Positions 44,644 to 54,505 of a DNA stretch of 64,000 nucleotides are shown here, piece after piece. Every line of letters begins with the position of its first letter. Position 1 is the first letter of the stretch. The position numbers were made by a program, and so were the translations under genes. The stretch lies in NCBI GenBank assembly GCA_017857875.1, contig JAFMCH010000001.1, forward strand, positions 3,745-67,744, given 5' to 3'. The notes under the pieces are model-generated. The model was not told where the DNA came from and did not search any database. It worked only from the letters and a program-made list of their open reading frames with translations. The DNA is from Actinomycetota bacterium. GTDB lineage: Bacteria; Actinomycetota; Actinomycetes; S36-B12.

Positions 44644-46246
44644 CTACTTCTGCCAGTTCCCGTCCAGCCAATGCATCGGCTGCACGCAAAGCAATCGATT
44701 GGAGTGTGGACGTTGGGTTCAAAGCCCCAACGGTGGGGAAGACTGATCCATCAATGACCCATAGATTCGGAACGTCGTGGGAGCGACAGTTCGCATCAAC
44801 GACACTCATGTCGGCGTCTGCACCCATGCGAGCGGTCCCTAACAGGTGGAACCCCGCAGAGGACACCAGCGGGATCGACAAGACTTCCCGAGCCCCAGCT
44901 TCTCGAAGAACCTCGCTGTTGCGCTCGATACCGAAGCGAATCGTGTCGCGACATCGCTGTTCAACCCGGTAGGAAATCTTGGGAGCGCGAACACCCCAAC
45001 GGTCGGTTAGCGTATCGGCGAGCGTGACGCGATTATTCGGATCAGGTAGGTCCTCTGTCGTCACAGTAATACTGGCTGTGTGTCCGAACTGACTTGAAAA
45101 TTGCTCATGATGTCGGTTACCCCAGGGCAGCCTCGGCAAATACCCACCTAACGCGGTACCCAACGGACCATCACTGCGGATCGTTTGAGCCTGGAAACCA
45201 CGAACAAAGCCGCGAGATCGGTCGGTCTCGTAGAATTCCTGGCTGACGATGCTTGCCGCAAATGGGCCCGCGTATCCGCTCAAATCCTCGTCGAACACAC
45301 CGGTCACCATCCCGGTGGGATGGAACATCAAGTTGCGTCCCACCTGATCTGAGGAGTTCGCTAAACCCGAAGGACACCAATCTTCTGCACTGAGCAGCAA
45401 CAGCCGTGCTGTGCCCACACCATTTCCAGCAAGAACCACGTTCGCCGCAGGTTGATGCACCAGTTCGCCCGACTCATCAACGAAGTCCACCCCGGTAACT
45501 CGACCGGGTGTCGAGGTCACCTTTACGACCCGAGCACCCGTGCGCAATATTGCACCTGCCGCGAGTGCCTCGGGCCAGTATGCGAGGTCAGTGCTCGTTC
45601 GCGAACCGCGAGGACAGCCCAGATCACATGGTCCACAGTTGTTACACGACAGTCGATCTCCGTGATCCTTCGTCAAAATGGCGGCATCCACCGGCCACCA
45701 ATGCCAGCCCAAGCGGTTATATGCCTCGGCGATGCGCCGGGCACCTTCACCGAGTGGTACGGGCGGACATGGGCGCGGACCTCGCGCGGGGTTCGCTGGG
45801 TCCCCGGCAAGGCCCGAGACAGTCATCATGGCGTCGTTGATCTCAAAATATGGAGCAAGATCGTTGTATCCAATCGGCCAATCGACTCCTACACCATCGA
45901 GAGTGCGCACCCGAAAATCCGACGGCTTAAGGCGGGGAAAATGCGCACCCCAGTGAATCGTTGATCCGCCGACGGCGTTGTAAAGCATGGGCGAGATGTC
46001 ACTGTCTGTGTCATCAATGGGGTAGTCCCAGGCATTCTTCCGCACATTGGGATTGGGGTGATGAGTGCGAGCGCGGGCCCTTTCCCACTGGGGAAGCAAG
46101 GACGGAATCGTTTCGGGAGTGACCCAACCCCCCTGCTCCAAGCACACGACCTTCAGTCCCTGCCGTGCAATGCTCCACGTGAACGCACCACCCGACGCGC
46201 CTGCCCCCACGACTACGACATCTACGGGTTCTTCGCGTCGGGACAT
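44627..46246 (-). CDS. GMC family FAD-dependent oxidoreductase, large subunit with 4-Cys motif
   Basis: FAD fold VVVVGAGASGGA, Cys cluster CNNCGPCDLGC (45614-45646) and C-terminal GTARMG...NLWVIDGSVF. By eye it is more than half identical to 30375-31970. Confidence 0.85.
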   Translation of the reverse strand: MSRREEPVDVVVVGAGASGGAFTWSIARQGLKVVCLEQGGWVTPETIPSLLPQWERARARTHHPNPNVRKNAWDYPIDDTDSDISPMLYNAVGGSTIHWGAHFPRLKPSDFRVRTLDGVGVDWPIGYNDLAPYFEINDAMMTVSGLAGDPANPARGPRPCPPVPLGEGARRIAEAYNRLGWHWWPVDAAILTKDHGDRLSCNNCGPCDLGCPRGSRTSTDLAYWPEALAAGAILRTGARVVKVTSTPGRVTGVDFVDESGELVHQPAANVVLAGNGVGTARLLLLSAEDWCPSGLANSSDQVGRNLMFHPTGMVTGVFDEDLSGYAGPFAASIVSQEFYETDRSRGFVRGFQAQTIRSDGPLGTALGGYLPRLPWGNRHHEQFSSQFGHTASITVTTEDLPDPNNRVTLADTLTDRWGVRAPKISYRVEQRCRDTIRFGIERNSEVLREAGAREVLSIPLVSSAGFHLLGTARMGADADMSVVDANCRSHDVPNLWVIDGSVFPTVGALNPTSTLQSIALRAADALAGRELAEVGGDIV

Positions 46247-46316
46247 GAGACTCCATTCGCTTCCGATGATCTTCAGTCGACCGGGAGTCTAGAAGAAACG
46301 TCGTAGCCGCTATCTA

Positions 46317-47924
46317 CTACCTCCCCAGACTGGCCAAGACCTTCATCGCGGCGGCACGTCCAGGGATCCCGCTCACTCCCCCACCGCGCCGCGCACCAGC
46401 CCCACACACCAACACGTTCGCGTCATTTGTCTCCACACCCCACGCGCCCGGCTGTGAGTCTGGAAGTCCGCTGTCGGCAAGAGCCCACGGCCACCGCAGA
46501 TCACGGTGAAAGATATGACCACCCGGCAGTCCGACCGATTGCTCAAGATCTGCTGGGGTGCGTGCCTCGACACAGGGTTGCCCCACTGCATCTCGTGCCA
46601 AGCATTCCCGAATCGGCTCACACAGGTATTCGTCGAAGCCATCTAGGTATGAATCCAGCAATTGCTGTCGACGTTGATCGTGGGCCTGTGTGGATTGAGC
46701 CTGCGTAAAAGCATCGGCCGGTGTGTGCAAGCCAAACAGCGTCATGGTGTGCCACTCCTTCGCCTGCAGCTCGAGCGAAAGGATGCTCGGATCGGTGATG
46801 GTGTGGCAGTAAATTTCACCTGGAGGACGTGCCGGAAACTCGCCTCGACAGGCCGCGGCGTAACTATCTTCAAGGCCTGTTAAGGACTCATTAATGTGGA
46901 ACGTTCCGGCGAAAGCAATACGCGGATCAATACCGCTGCGCAGTTGTGGGAGCCGCTCGAGCACCATGTTGACCTTCAACTGGCTGCCCTGAGGTGCACG
47001 AAGGGGCTCATTGCCCAGCAACTGAGAAAGCGTGTGAGGGGCGGCATTCGATAGCACCCAGGCAGTGGACAACGTGCGCTCTGCCCCATCACGGTCGCGA
47101 TAGGTAACGCTCGCCTCTACGCCGTCAGATTGAACAGCAATCACCTGTGCACCGGTCACTATCTGGGCTCCAGCGGCTAGGGCAGAATCATGTAGCGCGG
47201 CACTCACGGCACCCATGCCACCGACCGGCACCTTCCAGTCACCCGTGCCATCACCAATCAGGTGATAGAGCAAGCAGCGATTCGCCAGGAGTGACTCGTC
47301 GAACACTGATGCGAAGGTTCCGATCAATCCGTCGGTGGCCACAACGCCACGCACATCGTCGTCGGTAAAGGACTCCCAGAGAGTCTCGCCAAGTGGTTGC
47401 TGCGCGATTTGCCGCCAGGTCTGCTCACCGGCAACGGCACTCACCCTCTGCGCCACCTGATCTGCGGACATGAGGGGCTCAAGCATCGTGGGTGCTAGAA
47501 CGCGAGCAGCCGCACCCATCCGTTCATAAAAATCCCGCCAAGCCTGAAAGTCCCCGTCAGAGCCGGTCACTTCATGAAAGGAGGCTTGCGTGGCAGCACC
47601 GGGGTGTGACTCCACCAGCAGTCCGGTGGAACGTCCCGCACGCACGACGGGGGTGTAAGACGCAACCGAACGTGAACGCAACTGCAACGGGAGCGCCAAC
47701 TCGCGAACGATTTGGCCGGGCATGAGGGATACCAGATACGAGTAACGCGACAGTCGAGCAGCCACACCGGGAAACACCTCCGCCGACACAGCAGCTCCCC
47801 CGACATGATCGAGTGCCTCCAACACTGTGACCTGCACTCCGGCTTGGGCGAGGTAAGCCGCTGCGGTGAGCCCGTTGTGACCGGCGCCGATCACCACCAC
47901 CTGCGCTGCTCTCGCCATGGCCAC
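46317..47924 (-). CDS. Phytoene desaturase (CrtI)-like NAD(P)/FAD-dependent oxidoreductase
   Basis: N-terminus VVVIGAGHNGLTAAAYLAQAGVQVTVLEALDHVGGAA. 535 aa. Confidence 0.75.
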   Translation of the reverse strand: MAMARAAQVVVIGAGHNGLTAAAYLAQAGVQVTVLEALDHVGGAAVSAEVFPGVAARLSRYSYLVSLMPGQIVRELALPLQLRSRSVASYTPVVRAGRSTGLLVESHPGAATQASFHEVTGSDGDFQAWRDFYERMGAAARVLAPTMLEPLMSADQVAQRVSAVAGEQTWRQIAQQPLGETLWESFTDDDVRGVVATDGLIGTFASVFDESLLANRCLLYHLIGDGTGDWKVPVGGMGAVSAALHDSALAAGAQIVTGAQVIAVQSDGVEASVTYRDRDGAERTLSTAWVLSNAAPHTLSQLLGNEPLRAPQGSQLKVNMVLERLPQLRSGIDPRIAFAGTFHINESLTGLEDSYAAACRGEFPARPPGEIYCHTITDPSILSLELQAKEWHTMTLFGLHTPADAFTQAQSTQAHDQRRQQLLDSYLDGFDEYLCEPIRECLARDAVGQPCVEARTPADLEQSVGLPGGHIFHRDLRWPWALADSGLPDSQPGAWGVETNDANVLVCGAGARRGGGVSGIPGRAAAMKVLASLGR

Positions 47925-47991
47925 AACCTACGCGAGGACACCCGTCGGGGCAGCCGAATATTCCCCGGCCGTTACATATACCCTGGGGGGT

Positions 47992-48456
47992 ATGACGAGT
48001 TGGCAGCTATTGCGAGCCTGGCCGATGCGCCGACGGTACGTTGCAGCACTCGCCGCGCTGGTGTCAACGATCGCGTTGGCCATCCCGGCAGCACTGATTC
48101 CCAACCCCATTTTTGGACGAGCGATTGAACCCGAATGGTGGTCGTGGCCGGTCACGATCATCACCGGAATTTTGGCGGGACTCGTGATCGCCACCTACGT
48201 CGGTGTCCCCGAGCGCGACACCGCTGCGATCGACCGCGGCGGTCGCTTCGGTGTCATCGGCGGCATCGTGTCATTTTTCGCCGTCGGTTGCCCAGTGTGC
48301 AATAAGTTGGTGCTCATTGCTCTTGGCACCACAGGTGCGGTGCAATGGTTTGCGCCCATTCAACCCATCTTGGCCGTCGCCGGTATTGCACTTCTTGCGT
48401 GGGCGCTGCACACGCGACTGCGCGGCGAAGTTAGTTGCGCGGTGCCGGCGCCTTAG
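47992..48456 (+). CDS. Hypothetical multi-pass membrane protein with CPVC motif
   Basis: Hydrophobic segments and FFAVGCPVCNKLVLIALG. The start is uncertain (47917, 47992 or 48025). Confidence 0.5.
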   Translation: MTSWQLLRAWPMRRRYVAALAALVSTIALAIPAALIPNPIFGRAIEPEWWSWPVTIITGILAGLVIATYVGVPERDTAAIDRGGRFGVIGGIVSFFAVGCPVCNKLVLIALGTTGAVQWFAPIQPILAVAGIALLAWALHTRLRGEVSCAVPAP

Positions 48457-49441
48457 CCACCGCGGATTCCACCAGACTGCCCAAATAGAGATCACCGGCA
48501 AATTCAGTGACCCCGGTTACATAGTGATATCGGTCGCCCTGGGCAAACACGTTGTGCACCACCACACCCGTGCCATCAATGGCACACACCCAGGTGATCT
48601 TGTCAGCATCCGGTTGCAACGCATCGGGCAGCGCCCACACAGCCGATCGCAAAAAGCCCGGCCGTGGAAGCAACCTATCGAGTACTCGGTTGCGGGTACT
48701 CGGCATCGCGATCCAAAACAGTCCATTGCTGCCTGTCGACATGTTGTCTGGAAGACCTGGCATGTTGTGGAGGATGATCGTCGAGGCTCCCGCATGTTCA
48801 CCGGTAAGTTCAAGTCGACGAACCCGGTAACCGCCGGTTTCGGCGACCAACACATAAGACTCGTCCTCGGCAAGGGCGACCCCGTTAGCGAAGTCCAACC
48901 CGGTCAACAGCACTTCAACACCAGCCGTGGGCGACCACTTCAACAGCCGGCCGGTCGACGAATGCTCCAGCAAATCGGCCTTGAACTCCCGCAATCGAAA
49001 GCGGGTGCTTGATTCGGTGAAATAGATGTCTCCCGAGCGGCTTACCGCAGCGTTATTGGTCAGTCGAAGCGGCGCTCCACTGACCGAATCGGCCAGCACG
49101 GTGACCTCGCCCGATTCTGGCGTCACGCGCAGCAAACCTCGATCGGCGTCACACACAATGATTCCACCATCTGGGGCCACTTCAATACCGAGTGGACGTC
49201 CAAGCGTGTGTCCGATTGTCTCTAGGTGACGACCATCGGTGGTCATTCGCAATAGTCGACCGTCTTCGGTGCCGGTGAGAATTCGGCCCTGTGCATCGAT
49301 CGCCGTATCCTCGGGGCCGATTCCGCTCACCGGCAATATCGTCAGATCCACGAAAGTTGACGTCGGACTGAACGAACCGGTCAGTCCCAGGTCCTTCTGC
49401 GGAGCCCAGCGCCGCGGAGTGATCTGTGTTCGTTTGGCCAC
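48431..49441 (-). CDS. SMP-30/gluconolactonase/strictosidine synthase-like beta-propeller protein
   Basis: Repeated propeller-like blocks (GRPLGIEVAPDGGIIVCDA, NNAAVSRSGDIYFTESS, ANGVALAEDESYVLVAET, LPDNMSTGSNGLFWIA). Confidence 0.7.
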   Translation of the reverse strand: MAKRTQITPRRWAPQKDLGLTGSFSPTSTFVDLTILPVSGIGPEDTAIDAQGRILTGTEDGRLLRMTTDGRHLETIGHTLGRPLGIEVAPDGGIIVCDADRGLLRVTPESGEVTVLADSVSGAPLRLTNNAAVSRSGDIYFTESSTRFRLREFKADLLEHSSTGRLLKWSPTAGVEVLLTGLDFANGVALAEDESYVLVAETGGYRVRRLELTGEHAGASTIILHNMPGLPDNMSTGSNGLFWIAMPSTRNRVLDRLLPRPGFLRSAVWALPDALQPDADKITWVCAIDGTGVVVHNVFAQGDRYHYVTGVTEFAGDLYLGSLVESAVAKAPAPRN

Positions 49442-49478
49442 GGACTAAGAGTGCCACCCGCAGGCGTACCGTGTCAGC

Positions 49479-50462
49479 GTGTCATTACTTCCTGGTGAAT
49501 CCGCCCCGGCCGTGTCTGCTGTCGACCTGAGTGTCATCTACGGCCAAACCAAAGCCCTTGATCACCTCAATCTCACCATTGCCCCCGGTGTGATTCACGC
49601 AATCTTGGGCCCCAACGGTGCGGGAAAGACCACATTTATTCGCGTTGCCACAACGCTCCTGACTCCCAGTTCCGGAGAAATGCGAGTCCTCGGGCTCAAC
49701 GTGGTCGAGGAGGCTGCCACCGTGCGCGATGTCATCGGCGTTGCTGGCCAGTACGCCACCGTGGATGAGGTACTTACCGGCCAAGAAAACCTACTGCTGG
49801 CCGGTACGCTCTATGGCCTACCCGGCGCCGAGCGCCGAGCCCGAGCTGCTGATCTATTGGCCCGATTCGACCTCACCGATGCCGCCACGCGACCGGCCCG
49901 CACCTATTCCGGTGGAATGAGACGCCGACTCGATCTGGCCGCGTCACTCATGGGCAATCCGCGGATTCTGTTCCTAGATGAACCGACAACCGGGCTCGAC
50001 GTGCGGACCCGCAATGCACTGTGGGAGGAGGTGCGCAATATCGCCGCTCGCGGCGTCACCGTCGTGCTCACCACGCAATATCTCGAAGAAGCCGACGCCC
50101 TCGCCTCGCGCATCAGCATCATCGACGCCGGTCGGGTCGTTGCCGAAGGAACGCCCGATGAACTGAAGGCAACCGTAGGTGAGGAGATCCTGACGATCAC
50201 GCCGGCAAGCAGCGATTCCCTGAACCGATTAGCCGCGCTGCTTGGTGGTGAGGTGGTTGACAATCGGGTGCGGGTGGCGACGGCCAAGGACGGCATCAAC
50301 GCACTGCTCGAGCAAGCCCTCACGGTGGGTCCACTGGCCAACGTGAACACAAGCACGGCAAGTCTCGATGATGTGTTTCTTTCCTACACTGGTCACAGCG
50401 TTGATGAGGCTGATGATGCGACACCGCCCAAGCGGTCGAGGCGTGGGAGGCGATCAGCATGA
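49479..50462 (+). CDS. ABC transporter ATP-binding protein (DrrA/ABC-2 type exporter)
   Basis: GTG start, Walker A GPNGAGKTT, signature YSGGMRRRLDLA, Walker B LFLDEPTTGLD. Confidence 0.85.
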   Translation: MSLLPGESAPAVSAVDLSVIYGQTKALDHLNLTIAPGVIHAILGPNGAGKTTFIRVATTLLTPSSGEMRVLGLNVVEEAATVRDVIGVAGQYATVDEVLTGQENLLLAGTLYGLPGAERRARAADLLARFDLTDAATRPARTYSGGMRRRLDLAASLMGNPRILFLDEPTTGLDVRTRNALWEEVRNIAARGVTVVLTTQYLEEADALASRISIIDAGRVVAEGTPDELKATVGEEILTITPASSDSLNRLAALLGGEVVDNRVRVATAKDGINALLEQALTVGPLANVNTSTASLDDVFLSYTGHSVDEADDATPPKRSRRGRRSA

Positions 50463-51223
50463 CGAAATTTCTTGTTGACTCATGGGCACTGACCCAACGC
50501 AGCCTGGTCAAGTATCGGCGTAATCCGCAAGCTGTCGTCTTCACCATCGTTCAGCCGATCATGTTCGTGCTGCTGTTTCGATACGTGTTTGGTGGCGCGA
50601 TCCAAACACCGCCCGGAGTCGACTACGTCAACCTGTTGATTCCAGGAATCGTCGTGCAAAATGCCGTGTTCTCGGCAGCTGCGGCCAGCGTTGCGATCTC
50701 TGACGATTTGGCTAACGGGTTCACCGATCGACTCAGAAGTCTGCCGACCGCTCGCCTGGCGCCACTGACCGGACGAGTCTTCGCAGACACTCTGCGCGCA
50801 GGCCTCCTGGTTGTGGTGATCTTCCTCGTCGGCATCATCGTGGGATTCCGGCCCGAATGGTCCTGGGCACTCCTGATCGCCTGGATCCTATTGATGCTTG
50901 TCGCCTTCGGCTTCGCGTGGATCGCGGTGGCAATTGGCGTGTCCGTCAAGTCACCGGAGGTGGCCCAAAGCGCCGGCTTCATTTGGATCTTCCCGCTCAC
51001 ATTTGCCTCCAGCATCTTTGTGCCCGTCGACACGATGCCCGATTGGCTAGCCGCGATTGCCACGGTCAACCCAGTAACGCAGTTTGCCAACGCTACCCGC
51101 GCCCTGGCACTCAATGCGGAGATTTCCTCCGCACTGGGCTGGTCGTTGGTGTGGATCGCGGCGCTCACGGCCATAGGTGCGACGTTGACGATCCGTGGCT
51201 GGAACCGAATGAGTCAGCCCTAA
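50459..51223 (+). CDS. ABC-2 type transporter permease (DrrB-like)
   Basis: ATGA overlap with the ATPase gene. Six hydrophobic segments over 254 aa. Confidence 0.8.
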   Translation: MTKFLVDSWALTQRSLVKYRRNPQAVVFTIVQPIMFVLLFRYVFGGAIQTPPGVDYVNLLIPGIVVQNAVFSAAAASVAISDDLANGFTDRLRSLPTARLAPLTGRVFADTLRAGLLVVVIFLVGIIVGFRPEWSWALLIAWILLMLVAFGFAWIAVAIGVSVKSPEVAQSAGFIWIFPLTFASSIFVPVDTMPDWLAAIATVNPVTQFANATRALALNAEISSALGWSLVWIAALTAIGATLTIRGWNRMSQP

Positions 51224-51267
51224 GCGTCCGCCGCTAACAACCTGACCTTCCATGGCACTATCGGTGC

Positions 51268-53238
51268 ATGGACTCCACGGACACCTCATGGTTAGACGCT
51301 CTTTGGAGTAGCGGGATCATCGTCGTACTGCTGGTCTTCATCGGCTGGCTATCTGGGCGGATTCTGGGTGTGCGCCGTGGTTTTGCCCGTGCCGTGCTTG
51401 CCGGATTCGTGGGGTTCATCGCCGGAATCATCTTGATCGCTTTCCAATTCGGTGACATCGCCGTCGATAGCGTGGACGATATCTGGGCATTGGGCATCGG
51501 ATTCTTCAGCTACGTACTCGTGGTTACTTTGCTGGCGAGCGTCACCATCGATGCCATCGCCCGACCTCGGGCGGGTCGTCGGCGTATTCGCCTTCCGCAC
51601 CCGATTCGCTGGATCAAGGAGCGACTTGCGATCCTGGCTCGCATTCGAGATATCGCTCTTGCCGCACGTCGCAATGGATTAGTCGGTCGCAAGATCGCCA
51701 CACCAGCAGGCCTGGCGACACCCGAAGGGGCGCGTGCACTACGGCGAACCCTTGAGGACGCGGGCGGCATTTTGGTCAAGTTCGGCCAAATCGCCTCGAC
51801 GAGGGAAGATCTGCTCCCACGGGTGCTCACTAGCGAACTAAGCCTCCTGCGCAGTGACGTGCCGGGCCTGCCATATGAACAGGTCCAGGAGGTCGTGGAG
51901 ACCGAACTAGGTGGGCCGATCAGCGACTACTTCGCGGAATTTGATGTAGAGCCACTCGCCGCCGCCTCAATCGGTGTGACCCATCGCGCCGTACTTCTTG
52001 ATGGCCGCCGAGCGATCGTCAAGATTCAGCGACCAGGGGTTGAGCAGGGAGTTCGCCGAGATGGTCGCGTGCTTATCTGGGCCGCAGACCAACTCCAGCG
52101 TCGCTCTGAATCTGCCGCGCGCATCGGGATAGCGGGCTTAGCTCGCGAGCTCGTGCATGGCATTGAAGGCGAACTCGACTTCACCCGTGAGCTCGCCAAT
52201 AACCGCGCAATTCGCCTGGCGCGGGTTGATGACGTAGGCGTTCGATTTCCTGAAGTCTTCGACGATATTTCGACCCGTCGCGTGCTGGTCATGGAAGAGG
52301 TCATCGGTAAACCAGTGTCAGACACGCAAGCAATCAACCGCTCACCGGTGCCAGCATCCCAACTCGCTGGGAATCTGCTGGATTCCTTTCTCACCCAGGT
52401 GTTGGCTGATGGCGTCTATCACGCCGACCCACACCCAGGGAACGTACTCATCGACGATTCGGGCTTGCTGTGGTTTATCGACTTCGGTGCCGTGGGGTAC
52501 CTAGACCCCATAACCCTCGAAGGACTGCAGCAGTTGGCCATTGGCTTTTCCATGCGTGATCCATCGGTGGTGGCGCGCGGCGTTCGTCGCCTAGCCGGCC
52601 ATGCAGGTGACGATATCGATATCGCCGCAATGGAGTTTGATATCGGCGTCGTCCTCACCGATGTACAGGGAGGTGGATTTGATCCCGGCGCGCTATCAGA
52701 AGTCCTCCGAGTCTTGAGTCGACATGGAGTTCCCGCGCCCCAGGCGCTCACCGTGTTAGCCCGCGCCGTGCTCACGATCGACGGCACCCTGCGCATCATT
52801 GACCCAGATTTTCGCATGGGACCTGCTGCATCAGCCCGTATGAGCGACCTGGTTATCGCCCGCGAGCTGAACCCCCGCGACCAAATGATGAGCGAACTGG
52901 TGCGTGCACTTCCCGTCCTGCGATCCATGCCCCAGCTAACCGAAGACATTGCCCTGCAGGCCCGCTCGGGTCGACTCACACTGCGTGTTGACCGCTGGAG
53001 CGGAGCCGACGGTCATCGCCTCGACCAGTGGATATCGCACATCGTGTTCGCCGCGATCGGCATGGTCGGCCTCGTCGCCTCAGCCCTGTTACTGATCGCG
53101 GCAGGCATGTTGGCCAATGATCCAGTCGCCCTGTATCTGCGGGTGATCGGTTTCGTCGGCATCGTGCTTTCGACCTCAATGCAACTTCGCGTGGTCGCGC
53201 GAATTCTTGCTAGGCGCGACCCCACCGACATTGACTAG
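51268..53238 (+). CDS. ABC1/AarF/UbiB family kinase with flanking TM segments
   Basis: KFGQIASTREDLLP, AAASIGVTHRA, HADPHPGNVLI and IDFG motifs, with N- and C-terminal hydrophobic helices. Confidence 0.85.
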   Translation: MDSTDTSWLDALWSSGIIVVLLVFIGWLSGRILGVRRGFARAVLAGFVGFIAGIILIAFQFGDIAVDSVDDIWALGIGFFSYVLVVTLLASVTIDAIARPRAGRRRIRLPHPIRWIKERLAILARIRDIALAARRNGLVGRKIATPAGLATPEGARALRRTLEDAGGILVKFGQIASTREDLLPRVLTSELSLLRSDVPGLPYEQVQEVVETELGGPISDYFAEFDVEPLAAASIGVTHRAVLLDGRRAIVKIQRPGVEQGVRRDGRVLIWAADQLQRRSESAARIGIAGLARELVHGIEGELDFTRELANNRAIRLARVDDVGVRFPEVFDDISTRRVLVMEEVIGKPVSDTQAINRSPVPASQLAGNLLDSFLTQVLADGVYHADPHPGNVLIDDSGLLWFIDFGAVGYLDPITLEGLQQLAIGFSMRDPSVVARGVRRLAGHAGDDIDIAAMEFDIGVVLTDVQGGGFDPGALSEVLRVLSRHGVPAPQALTVLARAVLTIDGTLRIIDPDFRMGPAASARMSDLVIARELNPRDQMMSELVRALPVLRSMPQLTEDIALQARSGRLTLRVDRWSGADGHRLDQWISHIVFAAIGMVGLVASALLLIAAGMLANDPVALYLRVIGFVGIVLSTSMQLRVVARILARRDPTDID

Positions 53239-53249
53239 GGCAGAACTAC

Positions 53250-53693
53250 CTAGACGGAGACAACCTCGAGGACGACATTGGCCTGCACCTGCGGGTGCAC
53301 GCGCACCACAGCCTTGTGCTTGCCGATTGTCTTAATGCCGTGCACCTCGATCGATCGCTTATCCAACAGTGGTCCACCCGCTTTGCGAACAGCTACAACA
53401 ACGTCAGCGTTGGTGACCGAACCGAAGAGTTTGCCGGTCTCACCCGCTTTGGCGTTAACGGTGATGGTCAGCGCCTCAAGCTGATCACGCACCTCGCGTG
53501 CATGCCCAAGATCACGGATCTCGCGAGCATCGCGTGCGCGCTTGATGGCCACAATCTGCTTTTCGCTGCCCTTCGACCATGGCATCGCGAATCCGCGGGG
53601 AACCAGGTAATTGCGGCCATAGCCGGGCTTCACGTCGACGATATCTCCAGGGCCACCGAGGCCGTCGACCTCACTGGTGAGAATGAGTTTCAT
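53250..53693 (-). CDS. rplI: 50S ribosomal protein L9
   Basis: MKLILTSEVDGLGGPGDIVDVKPGYGRNYLVPRG. AGGAG SD lies upstream (ATG 53696 is an adjacent alternative). The ORF-track start at 53795 is an over-extension into rpsR. Confidence 0.9.
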   Translation of the reverse strand: MKLILTSEVDGLGGPGDIVDVKPGYGRNYLVPRGFAMPWSKGSEKQIVAIKRARDAREIRDLGHAREVRDQLEALTITVNAKAGETGKLFGSVTNADVVVAVRKAGGPLLDKRSIEVHGIKTIGKHKAVVRVHPQVQANVVLEVVSV

Positions 53694-53704
53694 CATGGTG
53701 ACTC

Positions 53705-53962
53705 CTATCGAACGTTCGCGGTGTAGGGGAGCAGCGCCATTTCGCGAGCGTTCTTGACGGCCGCAGCAATCTGACGTTGATGTTGGGTGCAGCAACCGGT
53801 CACACGACGAGCGCGAATCTTGCCGCGATCAGAGATGTACTTACGCAGCATCGACGTTTCTTTGTAGTCGATTGGTGCTGCGTCATCGGCGCAGAAAATA
53901 CACGCCTTCTTCTTGATGACCTTGCGAACAACCTGCTTATTGGACTGCCGTGGCGATCCCAT
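53705..53962 (-). CDS. rpsR: 30S ribosomal protein S18
   Basis: [36 protein letters not shown] is diagnostic of S18. It sits in the rpsF-ssb-rpsR-rplI order. Confidence 0.9.
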   Translation of the reverse strand: MGSPRQSNKQVVRKVIKKKACIFCADDAAPIDYKETSMLRKYISDRGKIRARRVTGCCTQHQRQIAAAVKNAREMALLPYTANVR

Positions 53963-54029
53963 GTGGTGTATCTCCTTGACCTAGAAAAGTAAACAAAATT
54001 AGGGGTTAAACAAACAGGAACCGCTCGGA

Positions 54030-54503
54030 CTAGAACGGTGGTTCCTCTGAGGGGGCGCTGGATGCTGAAGCCCACGGGTCATCCGAGGGAGCCGGAGCGC
54101 TACCGCCGAACCCACCGCCGCCACCGCCATCGGTTCGTGCGATGCGAGTGACCTTGGCCGTGGCATAGCGCAAAGCGGGGCCAACATCGTCGACCTCCAT
54201 CTCCACCACGGTGCGCTTCTCACCCTCGCGTGTTTCATATGAGCGCTGACGCAGGCGGCCTTGCACCATCACGCGCATACCTTTTTGTAGAGACTCCGCC
54301 ACGTTCTCGGCGTATTGGCGCCACACGCTGCACCGCATGAACACCGGATCGGAGTCTTTCCACTCGTTACTCTGTTTGTCTAGATAACGAGAACTCGAAG
54401 CAACGGTGAACGAGGCAACAGCGGCACCGCTTGGAGTGAAACGCAATTCAGGATCGGCAGTGAGGTTGCCCACCACCGTGACATTGATATCTCCGGCGGC
54501 CAT
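54030..54503 (-). CDS. ssb: Single-stranded DNA-binding protein
   Basis: OB-fold N-terminus [28 protein letters not shown], a Gly-rich linker and an acidic tip EEPPF. Confidence 0.9.
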   Translation of the reverse strand: MAAGDINVTVVGNLTADPELRFTPSGAAVASFTVASSSRYLDKQSNEWKDSDPVFMRCSVWRQYAENVAESLQKGMRVMVQGRLRQRSYETREGEKRTVVEMEVDDVGPALRYATAKVTRIARTDGGGGGGFGGSAPAPSDDPWASASSAPSEEPPF

Positions 54504-54505
54504 GA

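Noticed and set aside
46249-46290. 7-bp inverted repeat AGACTCC / GGAGTCT between the CrtI-like stop and the GMC start
   Set aside because: The stem is short, the loop is 28 nt and there is no U-tract. That is too weak to call a terminator or an operator.
48203-49012. 269-aa plus-strand ORF opposite the SMP-30-like gene
   Set aside because: It has no motifs and overlaps a propeller protein with recognisable repeats on the other strand. Shadow ORF.
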